Positions 19,647-28,654 of a DNA stretch of 38,842 nt are shown piece after piece. A program made the translations under genes and the position numbers. Positions within the stretch are counted from its first letter, which is position 1. The number at the start of each line of letters is the position of its first letter. The stretch covers positions 1 through 38,842 of the forward strand of contig CAYTTF010000003.1 in NCBI GenBank assembly GCA_964440665.1, given 5' to 3'. The notes under the pieces were generated by a model that searched no databases, was not told where the DNA came from, and was given only the letters and a program-made list of their open reading frames with translations. This stretch comes from an uncultured Myxococcales bacterium. GTDB taxonomy: Bacteria > Myxococcota_A > Polyangia > Fen-1088.

Positions 19647-20356
19647 TGCGTTCTTCGGGTCACCACCTCCGGCCGCGCTTCGAGTCGTCGGGGTTCACGC
19701 TGATCGAAGTGATGCTGGCGCTCGCCATTCTCGGTTTCGTCACCACGATCATGTGGGGTTCCTTCAACCAGACGATCACCAACAAGCGTGCCATCGAGAC
19801 GGCGCAGGAGCGCACGCACACCGTTCGGGTCGCGCTCATGCGCATGGCGCGCGAGATCGAGATGGCATACCTGTCGGCGTCCGAGAACACCGCGCTCAGC
19901 GACCGGCGGACATTCTTGATCGGTTCGGCGCGCGGCGACGTCGACGAGCTCTCGTTCTCGACCTTCGCCCACCAGCGACTGCGGGCGGGGCTGGCCGAAG
20001 GGGACACCTCGGTCATCGGCTACTTCGGCGAGCGCGATCCCGACGACCGCCGCGTGCTCAACCTCATGCGGCGCGAGACGCGCCGGTTGCAGGCCGAGAA
20101 CCCGAGCAACATCATCGGCGAAGCGTACGTGCTCTGTCCCGACGTCAGTCGGGTCAAGTTCTCCTACTACGATCACAGGCTCAAGGAGTGGGAGACCGAC
20201 TGGAGCACCCTCAATGCGAGCGGCCAGCAATACCTGCCGGCGCACATCCGCATCACCCTCACCGTCATCGACGAGCGCGGCCAGGAGGTCTCGTACTCCA
20301 CCGACGCCCGGATCCAGATGACCGAAAAAGTCGACTACAAGCCGGTGAAGCAATGA
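19646..20356 (+). CDS. gspJ: Minor pseudopilin GspJ
   Basis: Internal ATG of listed ORF 19256..20356, overlapping the gspI stop by 1 nt (TGATG). MRSSGHHLRPRFESSG/FTLIEVMLALAILGF. The upstream part of the ORF overlaps gspI out of frame. Confidence 0.8.
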   Translation: MRSSGHHLRPRFESSGFTLIEVMLALAILGFVTTIMWGSFNQTITNKRAIETAQERTHTVRVALMRMAREIEMAYLSASENTALSDRRTFLIGSARGDVDELSFSTFAHQRLRAGLAEGDTSVIGYFGERDPDDRRVLNLMRRETRRLQAENPSNIIGEAYVLCPDVSRVKFSYYDHRLKEWETDWSTLNASGQQYLPAHIRITLTVIDERGQEVSYSTDARIQMTEKVDYKPVKQ

Positions 20357-21738
20357 TGCTCTCGAGGGATTGTGAGCCGCGGCAGCGGCGGAGGAAACCC
20401 CGCGGCGTGGCGATGTTGATCGTGCTGACCTGGTTGGCGCTCATGATCTCCGTCATCGGCGAGTTCACCTACGGGACCAGCGTCGATGCGGCGCAGGCGG
20501 CCAATGCGCGCGACGAATTGCGGGCACACTACTTGGCGCGCTCGTCGGTGAACCTGTCGCGGCTGCTGATCAAGATCCAGCAACAGTTCGTCGATCCGGT
20601 GATGGGTCAGGTTCAAAAGATGTTGGGGCAGGCGATGTCGAGCGGAACCAGCGGCAGCGGTGGAACCAGCGGCAGTTCCACCGCCTCGAGCGGTCTCGGC
20701 TTCAGCCTGCGCGTCACCGACTACGCCGGCTCGCTGATGGGATTTTTCAGCGGCTCGAAGGACGAAGTGGCCGGCCTCGGCAGCCTGATCGGAATCGACA
20801 CCTCCGGCATCAAGGGACTCGGCCTCAAGTCCGGCAGCTTCGACGCGCAGATCACCGCCGAGGACGGTAAGATCGACATCAACTGCGGCTCCGGCGTCGC
20901 GTCGGACAAGACCAAGCAGCTGATCGTCTACCGCCTGCTGATGGGGCTGATGTTCTCGCCGCGCTTCGACCGGCTGTTCTCGGAGGCCGACACCTCCGGC
21001 AACTTCGCCACCCGCACCGACGTCGCGCGCGCCATCATCGACTGGGCCGACGCCGACGAGCAGATGTTCTCGCCCGAGGGCTCGTCGAACTCGGAGGACT
21101 ACCGATACGACGCCCACGCCGATCACTACCGGGCGCACGACAACAGCTACGACAGCGTCGAAGAGGTCAAGATGGTGCGCGGCGTCTCCGACAGCTTCAT
21201 GGAGGCCTTCCAGTCCTACCTGACCGTCTACGCGTCCGACCCGACCTGCAGGGTGAACCTGGGCGCCATCAGCAACAAGGAGAGCGGCGACTGCACGCCG
21301 CTCGTGATGGGCCTCATCCGTGCCGCGGCCACCCCCGATCCCGCCAAGCCCCCCGCCGATCCGACGGTCTTCGACGACAACGTCCTCTACCCGCTGGCGA
21401 GCATCCTGTGCGATCGGGCCTCGGCGGCTGGCTTCGACAGCCTGGGAACGATCACCAGCTTGCTGCAGAACCCACAGAGCGCGGTCCTTCCGGACGATCC
21501 CCGATACAAGATCTTCCAGTCGATGCGGCCGATCAACATCGACGCGGGCACTTTGGGCAGCCTCGCCTACGTCGGATCGCCGCGGGTCTACCGGGTGACC
21601 GCGACCGGCGAGTCGGGGCGGGTGAAGAAGAAGATCACCGCCATCGTCGACACCGGCCGCGTGCCGGAGAACCCGCAGACGCTCACGCCGGCCGCCGAAA
21701 AGGCCGCCGGGGTCCTTCAGTACTGGCGCGAGGAATAG
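20353..21738 (+). CDS. gspK: Minor pseudopilin GspK
   Basis: ATG 20353 overlaps the gspJ stop (ATGA). N-terminus RG/VAMLIVLTWLALMISV lacks Glu+5, as in GspK proteins. Large periplasmic domain with a Ser/Gly-rich insertion (SSGTSGSGGTSGSSTASSG). Confidence 0.8.
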   Translation: MMLSRDCEPRQRRRKPRGVAMLIVLTWLALMISVIGEFTYGTSVDAAQAANARDELRAHYLARSSVNLSRLLIKIQQQFVDPVMGQVQKMLGQAMSSGTSGSGGTSGSSTASSGLGFSLRVTDYAGSLMGFFSGSKDEVAGLGSLIGIDTSGIKGLGLKSGSFDAQITAEDGKIDINCGSGVASDKTKQLIVYRLLMGLMFSPRFDRLFSEADTSGNFATRTDVARAIIDWADADEQMFSPEGSSNSEDYRYDAHADHYRAHDNSYDSVEEVKMVRGVSDSFMEAFQSYLTVYASDPTCRVNLGAISNKESGDCTPLVMGLIRAAATPDPAKPPADPTVFDDNVLYPLASILCDRASAAGFDSLGTITSLLQNPQSAVLPDDPRYKIFQSMRPINIDAGTLGSLAYVGSPRVYRVTATGESGRVKKKITAIVDTGRVPENPQTLTPAAEKAAGVLQYWREE

Positions 21739-21744
21739 GAGACC

Positions 21745-23352
21745 ATGGCCCACACAGTCTGCGGCATCGATCTCGGCACGTACTCGGTCAAGCTGGTGTT
21801 TCTCGAGGCCGGGTTCCGCGCGACCAGGCTCCGCGACGTCATGGAGGTGCCGGTGGCGGCCGGCGAAGCGCCGCTCTGCGAGCGCCAGCTCGCGGCGGCC
21901 CGCGATGGCCTGTCGCGGATGACCGGTGAGGTGACGCCGTATCTGGCGGTGGGGGGCGAGCTGCTCTCGGTCCGGGTCCTCGATCTGCCGTTTTCGGATG
22001 CGCGCAAGATCGATCAGGTCGTCGGGTACGAGCTGGAGGGGCAGATCGTGAGCCCCATCGAGGATGTGGTGTTCGATCACCTCGTGGTCGGCCAGCGGCC
22101 CGAGGGGACGACGATCCTGGCGGCCGCTGCCCGCCGCGAGGATCTGGCTGCGCTCATCGCGGCCACCGAGGCGCAGGGGATCCACCCGCGTGCGCTGTTT
22201 GCGGCCTCGGTGATCTACCGGACCCTGTTTCCCGCGACGCCGACCAGCCCCGACGCCGAGGCGGTGCCGTGCCAGGTGGTGCTCGACTTTGGTCACCAGC
22301 GCACCAACGTCTGTGTCGTCCGGGGCAGCGATGCCGTCAACGCGCGAACGATCCGGCGGGGCGGGGCGCACCTCACCGCCGCGATCGCGCAGGCCTTCGG
22401 CGTCGAGCACGAACGGGCCGAGCAGGCCAAGCGCGAGGAGGCGTTCCTGGTGAGCCCCGGTCGGGCGGCGACCACGCCGGTCCTTGCCAAGCTCGATGCC
22501 GTGTTGCGCGAGGCGCTCGCGCCGACGGTGCGGGAGCTGCGCCAGACGCTGGCCAGTTTTGGAGCGAACGGCAAGATCGAGGTCGAGTCGTTGCTGGTGG
22601 TCGGCGGTGCGGGCCGACTGGCGGGCCTGCTGCCGTTTCTCGAGGCGGAGCTGGGGATCCCCGCGCGCCACCCGCCGGTGCGGCCCGCGCTGGAGTGGGG
22701 GGCCGGGCGGAACGGTGAGCACGAAGCGGCCAGCGAGGAGTCCGCGGTCCCCGAATCCGACGCCCACGCGCTGGCCGCGGCCATCGCCATCGCTGCGGCC
22801 CGCGGCTCGCGCGAGATCGATTTTCGCCGTGGTTCGTTCGCCTACCGGGCCAACTTCTCGATCCTGCGTCAGAAGGCCGGGCACCTGGCGGTGCTGGGTG
22901 TGGCGCTGCTCTTCTCCGTCGGGATCGACGTGGGCGCGAAGCTCTCCAACCTCGGTGCGGAGCGGAAGGCCCTCGACAAGGAGCTCAAGACCGCGACGCA
23001 GGAGCTGTTCGGACAGCCGCGGCAGGACGCCGAGGCCGTCACCGAGCTTCTGCGCAGGGGATTCCGCGAGGAGCTGGCGCCGCTGCCCAAGGCGACCGCT
23101 TTCGACCTGCTCGATCAGATCTCGCGCAAGGTGCCGCCCGCCGACAAGGTGAAGATCGACGTCGCGGAGCTGGAGATCCGCCCGAAGAAGACCTTCATCA
23201 AGGGCACCGCCGATACCGGCACGGCCGTCGACGACATCGCCGCCAAGCTCAAGGAGATCGATTGCTTCGAAGACGTAACCAAAGGCGCCGTCACCGAGGT
23301 CTCGGGGGGCGGCAAGCAATTCACCCTCAACATCGCCTCCAAATGTCCGTGA
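21745..23352 (+). CDS. gspL: Type II secretion protein GspL with PilM/actin-like N-terminal domain
   Basis: GGAG RBS. N-terminus HTVCGIDLGTYSVKLVFLE resembles the phosphate-1 motif of PilM/FtsA. A TM segment lies near residue 375 (LAVLGVALLFSVGIDV), then a periplasmic domain. Position between gspK and gspM. Confidence 0.8.
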   Translation: MAHTVCGIDLGTYSVKLVFLEAGFRATRLRDVMEVPVAAGEAPLCERQLAAARDGLSRMTGEVTPYLAVGGELLSVRVLDLPFSDARKIDQVVGYELEGQIVSPIEDVVFDHLVVGQRPEGTTILAAAARREDLAALIAATEAQGIHPRALFAASVIYRTLFPATPTSPDAEAVPCQVVLDFGHQRTNVCVVRGSDAVNARTIRRGGAHLTAAIAQAFGVEHERAEQAKREEAFLVSPGRAATTPVLAKLDAVLREALAPTVRELRQTLASFGANGKIEVESLLVVGGAGRLAGLLPFLEAELGIPARHPPVRPALEWGAGRNGEHEAASEESAVPESDAHALAAAIAIAAARGSREIDFRRGSFAYRANFSILRQKAGHLAVLGVALLFSVGIDVGAKLSNLGAERKALDKELKTATQELFGQPRQDAEAVTELLRRGFREELAPLPKATAFDLLDQISRKVPPADKVKIDVAELEIRPKKTFIKGTADTGTAVDDIAAKLKEIDCFEDVTKGAVTEVSGGGKQFTLNIASKCP

Positions 23353-23373
23353 CCCGGTGAACCCAAGGTGGAT

Positions 23374-24009
23374 ATGAGCGCCCTCGACAAGATTCGCGAA
23401 CCCGCGGTGCGGATTCTCCGCGTCCCGGCCGCTCGTCTCGCGGCGTGGTGGGAGAGACTCGCCCCCCGCGAGCGGCGCGGGATCTCGGTGCTGGGGGTCG
23501 CGATCCTGGCGGTCGGTCTCATTGCGGCCACGAGCTACACCATGAACAGGATCGGCGATCTTCAGGACGAGAATGCGGCTATCCGGGACGCGCTCGGCGC
23601 CATCGCCCAGCACCGCGACGAATACCTGGAGGCCAAGTCCCGCAACGCCGTCCAGGAGGCGCGCATCGGCAACGATCCGCCGCAGCTCACCGCCGATCTG
23701 GAGACCGCCGCGCGCGGCGAGAACGTTCAGATCGCCGAATCGAGCGAGCGCCCCTCCGTTCCCGCCGGCCGCCGCTACATCGAGCACGACATGGACATCA
23801 AGATCCGCGAGACGGATCTGCAGAGCCTGACCAAGTTCCTCAAGCGCGTCGAGACGGGGCCGCGCTTGGTCTTCTTCACGCGCCTGTCGCTCAAGCACCG
23901 ATATTCCGACGAGACCGACAAGCTGGACGTGGAGCTGACCGCCACGGCGTTCGAGCGCGTCCGCGACGACAAGGCCAAGAAGAAGCCGGAAGGACCAGAG
24001 AAACGGTGA
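23374..24009 (+). CDS. gspM: Type II secretion protein GspM (single-pass membrane protein)
   Basis: ATG 23374 is preceded by AAGG 5 nt upstream; the listed ORF begins at GTG 23368. TM segment ISVLGVAILAVGLIAA. Size and position fit GspM. Confidence 0.7.
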   Translation: MSALDKIREPAVRILRVPAARLAAWWERLAPRERRGISVLGVAILAVGLIAATSYTMNRIGDLQDENAAIRDALGAIAQHRDEYLEAKSRNAVQEARIGNDPPQLTADLETAARGENVQIAESSERPSVPAGRRYIEHDMDIKIRETDLQSLTKFLKRVETGPRLVFFTRLSLKHRYSDETDKLDVELTATAFERVRDDKAKKKPEGPEKR

Positions 24010-24019
24010 GGAGCTGCCG

Positions 24020-25315
24020 ATGGTCTCGATGACGACAGACAGAGTGCGCCGCCTGCGCCGCATCGCCCTTTTCACCGGCTTTGGCCTGGTGGTGTTCGTG
24101 GTGGCGCTCTACTTCTCGTTCCCCTATCAGCGGGCCAAGGAGATGGCCATTCGGATGGCGTCCGACAAAGATCTCGACGTCGAGATCGGCTCGGCCGGTC
24201 CGGCCTTCGGCCTCGGCGTCACCTTCCACGACATCCGGGTGCGCACCCGGCCCACAACCGGCAAGCCGACGCGGTTCACCGTCGAGTCGGCGCGGGTCTC
24301 GGTCTCGCCGCTGTCCCTGTTCTCGTCGTCCAAGAGCTACACCGTGTTGCTGGACGCGTTCGGCGGACAGATCGAATTTTCTCAGAGTGGGACGCCGGGC
24401 AAGAAGAAACCTTTCCAGATCGCGGTTCACGCGAAGGGCGTGAAGTTGAACGAGCTGCCCGGCGTGCGCGAGACCATCAACCTGCCCCTGGTCGGCACCG
24501 CGAAGGTGGATTTCGAGGTCGGGTCGGAGACCGGTCGTTTTGCCGATGCGACCGGCGAGATCACGTTTTCCTGTGAAGGGTGCGTGCTCGGTGACGGGAA
24601 GTCCCCCCTGCGCGTGGCCGGCAACCCCTTCCTCAGCGGTGGGCTGACGTTGCCGCGCGTCCGGCTGGACGATCTGGGGGGGCACGTCGCGATCGACAAG
24701 GGAGTGGCCAAGCTGCAGGGGATCGAGGCCAAGTCTCCCGATGGCGAGATCGCGCTCGAGGGCGAGGTCACGCTGCGGGATCCGGTCGCGATGTCGACGG
24801 TGAACGCCTATCTGCGCTTCAAGCTCAGCGACGCGTTCCTGAAACAGGCGGCCAACGTTCAGACGATCTTGCAGATGGCCGCCGCGCAAGGAAAACGGGC
24901 AGACGGTTTCTATGGCATGCGTTTGTCCGGACGGCTCGGCCAGCTCAATCCGCCGCTGCTCTCACCCACCTCGCCCATTACCAGCTCGCCGGTGGGACCC
25001 CGACCTGGGATCAGGGCCTCGATTTCTCCCTCGAGCTCCGGGTTCAAGCTCCCGCCGCAGGCGCCGGTTCCGGCGCCCTCCGTGGCCGTGGTCGCGCCAC
25101 CCCCGCCCGACGCGCCTCCCCCCGCGCCTCCCCCGCCGCCACCTCCACCACCTCCACCACCCGCGGCCCCCCCGCCGACTGCAAACCCAGCGACGGGCGG
25201 ATGGCACGGAGGTGCCACCACTCCGGTCGTTGCCGAAGCCGGGGCTCCCGCCGCCCCTGAATCCCCGCCGCCGCCGCCACCGCCGCCGCCGGAAGTGGCC
25301 AATCCGGCACAGTAG
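24020..25315 (+). CDS. gspN: Type II secretion protein GspN-like, with a polyproline-rich C-terminal tail of about 110 aa
   Basis: GAGGAG RBS 6 nt upstream. TM anchor IALFTGFGLVVFVVALYF. Last gene of the cluster. Tail contains runs of 12 Pro (25127-25162) and 9 Pro (25265-25291). Confidence 0.7.
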   Translation: MVSMTTDRVRRLRRIALFTGFGLVVFVVALYFSFPYQRAKEMAIRMASDKDLDVEIGSAGPAFGLGVTFHDIRVRTRPTTGKPTRFTVESARVSVSPLSLFSSSKSYTVLLDAFGGQIEFSQSGTPGKKKPFQIAVHAKGVKLNELPGVRETINLPLVGTAKVDFEVGSETGRFADATGEITFSCEGCVLGDGKSPLRVAGNPFLSGGLTLPRVRLDDLGGHVAIDKGVAKLQGIEAKSPDGEIALEGEVTLRDPVAMSTVNAYLRFKLSDAFLKQAANVQTILQMAAAQGKRADGFYGMRLSGRLGQLNPPLLSPTSPITSSPVGPRPGIRASISPSSSGFKLPPQAPVPAPSVAVVAPPPPDAPPPAPPPPPPPPPPPPAAPPPTANPATGGWHGGATTPVVAEAGAPAAPESPPPPPPPPPEVANPAQ

Positions 25316-25327
25316 CGCTCGCCACCT

Positions 25328-26386
25328 TCACAGGCTGTAGCGCCGGACCTTGTCGCAGAAGGTGGAACGGGCGACGTCGAGCGCGCGCGCAGCGCGCCGG
25401 CGGCTGCCGGCGTTGCGCCGAAGGGCCCAGGAGAACACCTCGCGCTCGATCTCATCGAAGGTGCGGCCCCCGATGCGGATGGCATCATCCGTCGAGGCCG
25501 GTGCGGCGACAGGGGCCGGACCATCCTCGGCGCCCGCGTCCGCCAGACGGAACGGGGTGGCTGGCGGGAGCTCCAGGGCGTCGGCGCCAATCCGCCGGTC
25601 TGCCCGTCCGCTGGTCAGGATCGCCGCCCTGCGGATCACGTTGCGCAGCTCGCGGACGTTGCCCGGCCAGTCCGCGGCGCTGAGCGTCGCCAGTGCGATC
25701 GCCTCCAGCTCCCGGGCCCCGACCTCCGGTTCAATCTCGCGTAGAAAGTGCGCGGCCAGACCTGGGATGTCGCCGCGCCGCTCGCGGAGCGGGGGGAGCC
25801 GCACACAGATACCGGCCAGCCGGTAATAGAGATCGGGACGAAAGGTGCGTCGCTGTACCTCGCCTTCTAGATCGCGCAAGGTCATGGCCACCACGCGGAC
25901 GCGCACAGCGATCTCGCCCGCGCCGCCCACCCGGCGCAGCCGTCCCGATTCGAGGACCCGCAGGAGCTTGGGCTGCAGATCCAGCGGGAGCTCACCGATC
26001 TCGTCGAGGACCAGCGTTCCCCCGGAGGCCTCCTCGAACCAGCCGGCGCGACGGGCCGCCGCGCCGGTGAAGGCGCCCCGCTCGTGTCCGAAGAGCTCGC
26101 TCTCCGCCAGCTCTCGCGGGAGCGCGCCGCAGTTCACCGCGACGAACGCACCGCTCGGATTCGGTCCCAGCTCGTGCAGTGCGCGCGCCAACAGCTCCTT
26201 GCCGGTGCCGCTTTCGCCGGTGACCAGCACCGGGGTTCCCGTGGGCGCCACCAGCGCCGTACGCGCCAGCGCAGCGCGCAAGCCAGCATCGTCTCCGATG
26301 ATTGCGTTGAAGGCCTCCGGCCGCTCGAAATCTCCTCGCATGCACACTTTGTCGGCCCGCGGCGCTTTCCAGTTGCTGCGCGGCAA
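25328..26386 (-). CDS. Sigma-54-dependent transcriptional activator lacking any receiver or sensory domain (AAA+ + Fis-type HTH only)
   Basis: Only about 35-50 aa precede Walker A (GESGTGKE). GAFTGA is intact (ERGAFTGA). Walker [10 protein letters not shown]-terminal HTH ([21 protein letters not shown]). An alternative ATG lies at 26341. Confidence 0.9.
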   Translation of the reverse strand: MPRSNWKAPRADKVCMRGDFERPEAFNAIIGDDAGLRAALARTALVAPTGTPVLVTGESGTGKELLARALHELGPNPSGAFVAVNCGALPRELAESELFGHERGAFTGAAARRAGWFEEASGGTLVLDEIGELPLDLQPKLLRVLESGRLRRVGGAGEIAVRVRVVAMTLRDLEGEVQRRTFRPDLYYRLAGICVRLPPLRERRGDIPGLAAHFLREIEPEVGARELEAIALATLSAADWPGNVRELRNVIRRAAILTSGRADRRIGADALELPPATPFRLADAGAEDGPAPVAAPASTDDAIRIGGRTFDEIEREVFSWALRRNAGSRRRAARALDVARSTFCDKVRRYSL

Positions 26387-26440
26387 TCATGCGGCAGGTG
26401 ACCTCGAAAACGCGGCCGAGGCGCTCGAAACGGCGCGGGC

Positions 26441-26500
26441 CCGTATCAGTTATTCACAGGTAAAGTCAAATAACGGCGGACACGTACGTATTTTGCGCCG
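26441..26500. promoter_or_regulatory. AT-rich island with small dyads in the divergent intergenic region (probable promoter/operator region)
   Basis: Hand count 28/60 G+C. GTTATT (26449-26454) / AATAAC (26469-26474) inverted repeat. ACGTACGT palindrome at 26482-26489. Confidence 0.3.
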
Positions 26501-26564
26501 GCGCGCGCCGGTTGATAGGCTTTCCGGGCTCTTACCGAGGGAGCATGCTGATAGAGAGGGCAAC

Positions 26565-27422
26565 TTGAAGCATCCTCCGCCTAGTTCTCCGTTCGACGCT
26601 CCGACATCTCGCACACACCAGCTCTCGTTACCGTTCGGTGGCCCCGATGCCGCGGCACCCGCCGCGGTGGGCAGCCGTTCCCAGCGCGCCTTGCGCCGGG
26701 CGGCCGCCGCGCGCCAGGTGCGTTTCACCCCGACCCTGGAAGCAACCACCGATCGCATGGCGGCCGGGCTGGCGCTCTATCTGCCCCCGGGCAAGACGCT
26801 GGAGCTGCGCCTCACCAACAACCACTACAGCATGATCTCGGTGCGGCGGAAGTCGGACGGGTACCGGCTGCGCCTGCACCAGATGTTCGTGGGCGCCGAG
26901 CCGCGCGTGGTGCGCGCGCTGGCCCGCTACGTGGTTCACAACGACCGCCGAGCCTCGACGTTGCTTGGCGAGTTCATCGAGGAGCACCAGCACATCATCC
27001 GGCAGCAGACGCGCCGGCCGCGCAACCTCACCCTGCGCACCGCCGGTCGCTGTCACGATCTGCAGGCGATCTTCGGTCGGCTCAACGCCGCGCACTTCGG
27101 CAGCGCGCTGGACGCGCGCATCACCTGGGGACCGGACGCGGCGCGCGGGCAGCGGCGCCGGTCGATCAAGATGGGGAGCTTCGCTGTCGAGGATCGCATC
27201 ATCCGCATTCACCCGGTGCTGGACCAGGAGTGCGTGCCGGACTATTTCGTGGCGTGGATCGTCTTTCACGAGATGCTGCACGGCAAGCACGAGGTGCTGC
27301 GCGAGAACGGCCGCCGGCGCTTTCACACCCCGGCGTTCCTGGCCGAGGAGCGCCAGTTCCCCGACTACCAACGCGCCTGCGCCTGGGAGAAGCAGAACCT
27401 CGATCGTCTACTGCGTTCGTGA
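26565..27422 (+). CDS. SprT-like (Spartan/Wss1-type) zinc metallopeptidase-domain protein
   Basis: LQAIFGRLNAAHFGSALDARITWG...IKMGSF...IRIHPVL...FVAWIVFHEMLHGKHE follows the SprT-like layout ending in HExxH. The start is uncertain: TTG 26565 (GAGAGGG upstream), TTG 26493 or ATG 26757. The 25845-26564 part of the listed ORF is antisense to the activator gene. Confidence 0.65.
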   Translation: MKHPPPSSPFDAPTSRTHQLSLPFGGPDAAAPAAVGSRSQRALRRAAAARQVRFTPTLEATTDRMAAGLALYLPPGKTLELRLTNNHYSMISVRRKSDGYRLRLHQMFVGAEPRVVRALARYVVHNDRRASTLLGEFIEEHQHIIRQQTRRPRNLTLRTAGRCHDLQAIFGRLNAAHFGSALDARITWGPDAARGQRRRSIKMGSFAVEDRIIRIHPVLDQECVPDYFVAWIVFHEMLHGKHEVLRENGRRRFHTPAFLAEERQFPDYQRACAWEKQNLDRLLRS

Positions 27423-28631
27423 GGACACGAGCGCTCTCAGCCGCGCGTCCCACCGATCGCAGGTGACCCGTTTCGACCACTCGCGCCGGTAGACGGCGAG
27501 CGCGTTCTCCTGCCAGCGCGCGATCTCGGCGGGATCCTCCATCAGTCGGTGCACGCGATCCGCGGCGGCGTCGACGCCGTCCTCGGTGAGGTGGATCCCG
27601 AGATCGTACTCGGCGATCCAGCGCGCGATCTCGGAGTCGGCCGGTCCCGCGTAGATCACCGGCCGACCGATCGCCAGCGAGGCGAAGAACTTGGACGGTA
27701 CGACCACGCCCGCCCAGTCGGCGCGCAGGCTGACGAGGTGCAGATCGGCCGACGCGAGGCGCGCGGGGAGCGCCGCCTCGGCCGCGAACGGTGCCAGGCC
27801 GACGTTGCTATCGTCGGGCGCTATCGCGCGCCGCAGCTCGTCGGCGCGGTTGCCACGGGCGGCGAAGCAAACCGACACCGCGTCGCCCGATCGGGCTCGG
27901 CAGGCGCGCCCGAGGCGCAGGAACGGCTCGAAGTCGTGTGCGCGCCCCATCGTGCCCGAGTAGAGCAACGCGAGCTTTGCGCGCGGGAAGAGGGCGGCGC
28001 GCGCTTCGGCGTCGACGGGCGCGGGCGCGTCCGTCTCGCTGAGCGCCCAGGGGACCATCGTCTCCTGGACAGCACCGGCATGGTAGTCCGCCAGCCGCTC
28101 GCGCATGCGGGGGCCCAGGTCGACGAGCGCGTCGAAGCGGCGATAGGCCAGGCCCATCAGGCCCCGCGCGATCGGCCCGAGAACGGTCACCGCGCGCCCG
28201 CCCTCCGCCGTGAGAATTTCGGGATAGAGATCGAAGCACCAGTGCACGATCGCCGCGCGCGGCTGCAAGAGCCGCAGGCCGAGTCCCAGCGTCGGCGCGA
28301 ACGCGGGATCCGATCCGATCACGATGGCGTCGAAATCCCCGAGGCCGACCGTCCGCCGCAGCCAGGCGGCGACCATCCACCCGCTGTTGGCGAGCCGCTC
28401 GATCGGTCGCGCCTGATCCCAGGACGGCCGGAAAACGCGGTGGATCTGAATGCCGTTCCAGTCTTCTCGGGGCGGCAGCTCGACGCTCGGATCCCGCCAC
28501 AGTCGGTTGCTGGTCACCACGGTGACCTGCCAGCCGCGCCGCTGCAGCTCCTCGGCGAGATCGGCGTAGAGCCGCGCGCTCACGACGTCGTCGGGGTGGA
28601 AGAAGTGATAGAAAAGCAGGAGCCGCGGCAC
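27408..28631 (-). CDS. Glycosyltransferase, GT-B fold (family 4/WcaI-like)
   Basis: N-terminus MPRLLLFYHFFHPDDVVSARLYADLAEELQRRGWQVTVVTS is typical of WcaI-like enzymes. C-terminal VVPSKFFASLAIGRPVIYAG. Its 3' end overlaps the SprT-like gene by 15 nt (convergent). Confidence 0.85.
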   Translation of the reverse strand: MPRLLLFYHFFHPDDVVSARLYADLAEELQRRGWQVTVVTSNRLWRDPSVELPPREDWNGIQIHRVFRPSWDQARPIERLANSGWMVAAWLRRTVGLGDFDAIVIGSDPAFAPTLGLGLRLLQPRAAIVHWCFDLYPEILTAEGGRAVTVLGPIARGLMGLAYRRFDALVDLGPRMRERLADYHAGAVQETMVPWALSETDAPAPVDAEARAALFPRAKLALLYSGTMGRAHDFEPFLRLGRACRARSGDAVSVCFAARGNRADELRRAIAPDDSNVGLAPFAAEAALPARLASADLHLVSLRADWAGVVVPSKFFASLAIGRPVIYAGPADSEIARWIAEYDLGIHLTEDGVDAAADRVHRLMEDPAEIARWQENALAVYRREWSKRVTCDRWDARLRALVSSRTQ

Positions 28632-28654
28632 GGCGGGCCAGTGTGGGTGGCGGT

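Noticed and set aside
20335-24075. 1246-aa ORF on the minus strand spanning gspK-gspL-gspM. Similar giants are 251..2914(-), 7081..9501(-), 10040..12250(-), 12499..13845(-), 13846..15291(-), 16263..17519(-), 3201..4475(+) and 28643..30667(+).
   Set aside because: Each is antisense to a gene with strong, recognisable family motifs. Their translations are dominated by Arg, Gly, Pro, Asp and His with no motifs. Long stop-free antisense frames are expected at this G+C content.
24020-25315. GspN considered as a disguised TonB partner for the orphan ExbBD.
   Set aside because: The Pro-rich region is C-terminal rather than between the anchor and a TonB C-domain. The TM helix lacks the TonB-type SxxxH signature, and there is no TonB C-terminal domain.
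26387-26564. Search for a sigma-54 -24/-12 element upstream of the SprT-like gene.
   Set aside because: No GG-N10-GC arrangement with flanking consensus bases was found by eye on the plus strand. Only small dyads in an AT-rich island are present.
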